DNA from: an uncultured Planctomycetota bacterium
GTDB lineage: Bacteria; Planctomycetota; Planctomycetia; Isosphaerales; Isosphaeraceae
Reading direction: 5' to 3'
Length of the DNA: 64,000 nt
Assembly: GCA_963737655.1 (NCBI GenBank)
Contig: CAVTTN010000002.1
Span: 1,536,001-1,600,000, forward strand
Shown here piece by piece: positions 63,371 through 64,000 of the stretch (position 1 is its first letter; each line of letters opens with the position of its first letter). The position numbers were made by a program, and so were the translations under genes. The notes under the pieces were generated by a model. The model ran no database searches. It saw only the letters and a program-made list of their open reading frames with translations, and was not told where the DNA came from.

Positions 63371-64000
63371 CGCAGGGAGCCTCCCTTGCCCCGGGCCCGG
63401 CCGACGAGGAAGCGGATCAGGGCCTGTTCATAGTCCTCGTCGATCCCGATCCGGTGGTAATCGACGGCCGACTCGCGGACGACTTGCTTCACGCCGTCGA
63501 GGTAGATCTCCAGGGCCTTCCGGTAGCGGTCGGCGATCTCGCTGGGCTCGGCGAAGATCGACGGGCCGCCCTCCATGTCGAGGAACCGCGTGGGGCGGCG
63601 GAAGTCGAAGCCGATCTCCTGGGGGTCGAGCAGGTGGAACACCGCCAGGTCGTGGCGGCGGAACCGCAGGTGCTCGAAGGCGCCCTTCAGCTCGCCCGGC
63701 TCGACGAAGAGGTCGGAGATCACCACGACCAGGGCCCTCTGGCGGATCGTCTCGGCGAGCTCGTGGAGGACCGGGACGATCTGCGTGGGGCCCTTGGGGC
63801 GGGTCTCTTCGAGGACGTCGAACAGGCTCATCAGGTGGGCCGGGTTCCTCTTGGGCGGGATGTTGCGGACGAGCCCGCCGGCCACGCACGAAAGGCCGAC
63901 GGCGTCCCCCTGCTGGAGGGCCATCTGGCCGAGGGTGGCGGCGATCCTCCGGGCGTACTCGATCTTGGTGATCGGCCCCGAGCCGAAATCCATCGAGCCC
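63367..64000 (-). CDS. DUF58 family protein (VWA-like, MoxR-associated), 5' end outside the window
   Basis: ..GSMDFG..KIEYA..QGDAVGL..LVVVISDLF..LDPQE; ATGA overlap with the BatA gene. Confidence 0.88.
   Translation of the reverse strand, partial: GSMDFGSGPITKIEYARRIAATLGQMALQQGDAVGLSCVAGGLVRNIPPKRNPAHLMSLFDVLEETRPKGPTQIVPVLHELAETIRQRALVVVISDLFVEPGELKGAFEHLRFRRHDLAVFHLLDPQEIGFDFRRPTRFLDMEGGPSIFAEPSEIADRYRKALEIYLDGVKQVVRESAVDYHRIGIDEDYEQALIRFLVGRARGKGGSLR

Overview
High-GC bacterial DNA with Planctomycetota hallmarks (LEPRxLL-type leaders, a PEP-CTERM protein, ECF sigma/Ser-Thr kinase pairs, a DUF58-BatA operon), plausibly Isosphaeraceae. (1) 1-7160 is the right end of a probable tRNA-Lys(CTT)-integrated island. 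It carries DISARM core genes drmA-drmB-drmC, a small ORF, a 46-codon hsdM relic and a 3'-half tRNA att repeat whose antisense frame runs into a putative integrase tail. (2) 7.5-44.6 kb is an extracellular/regulatory locus: a TPR protein with a Cys-rich tail, a PEP-CTERM protein with a cohesin-like domain, and a ~23.9 kb gene for a ~7,960-aa surface protein broken by 9 single-base frameshifts (PPC-like repeats, Calx-beta, 13 SdrD-B-like repeats with an inserted PA14, CARDB/Ig-like modules, dockerin-like, HExxH). It continues with an orphan soluble VirD4-like ATPase, a 90-aa mini-protein with the same export-type leader, an ECF sigma factor and two TPR kinases. (3) 45.6-49.6 kb holds a GT4 glycosyltransferase and two unannotated genes that may form a split sigma-like pair. 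(4) 49.7-64 kb is a minus-strand DUF58/BatA-type operon ending in a prenyltransferase-repeat protein and a large TlpA-like thioredoxin. Many frameshifts fall in short C/G runs and are probably sequencing errors. All family calls come from motif recognition by eye, not database searches.
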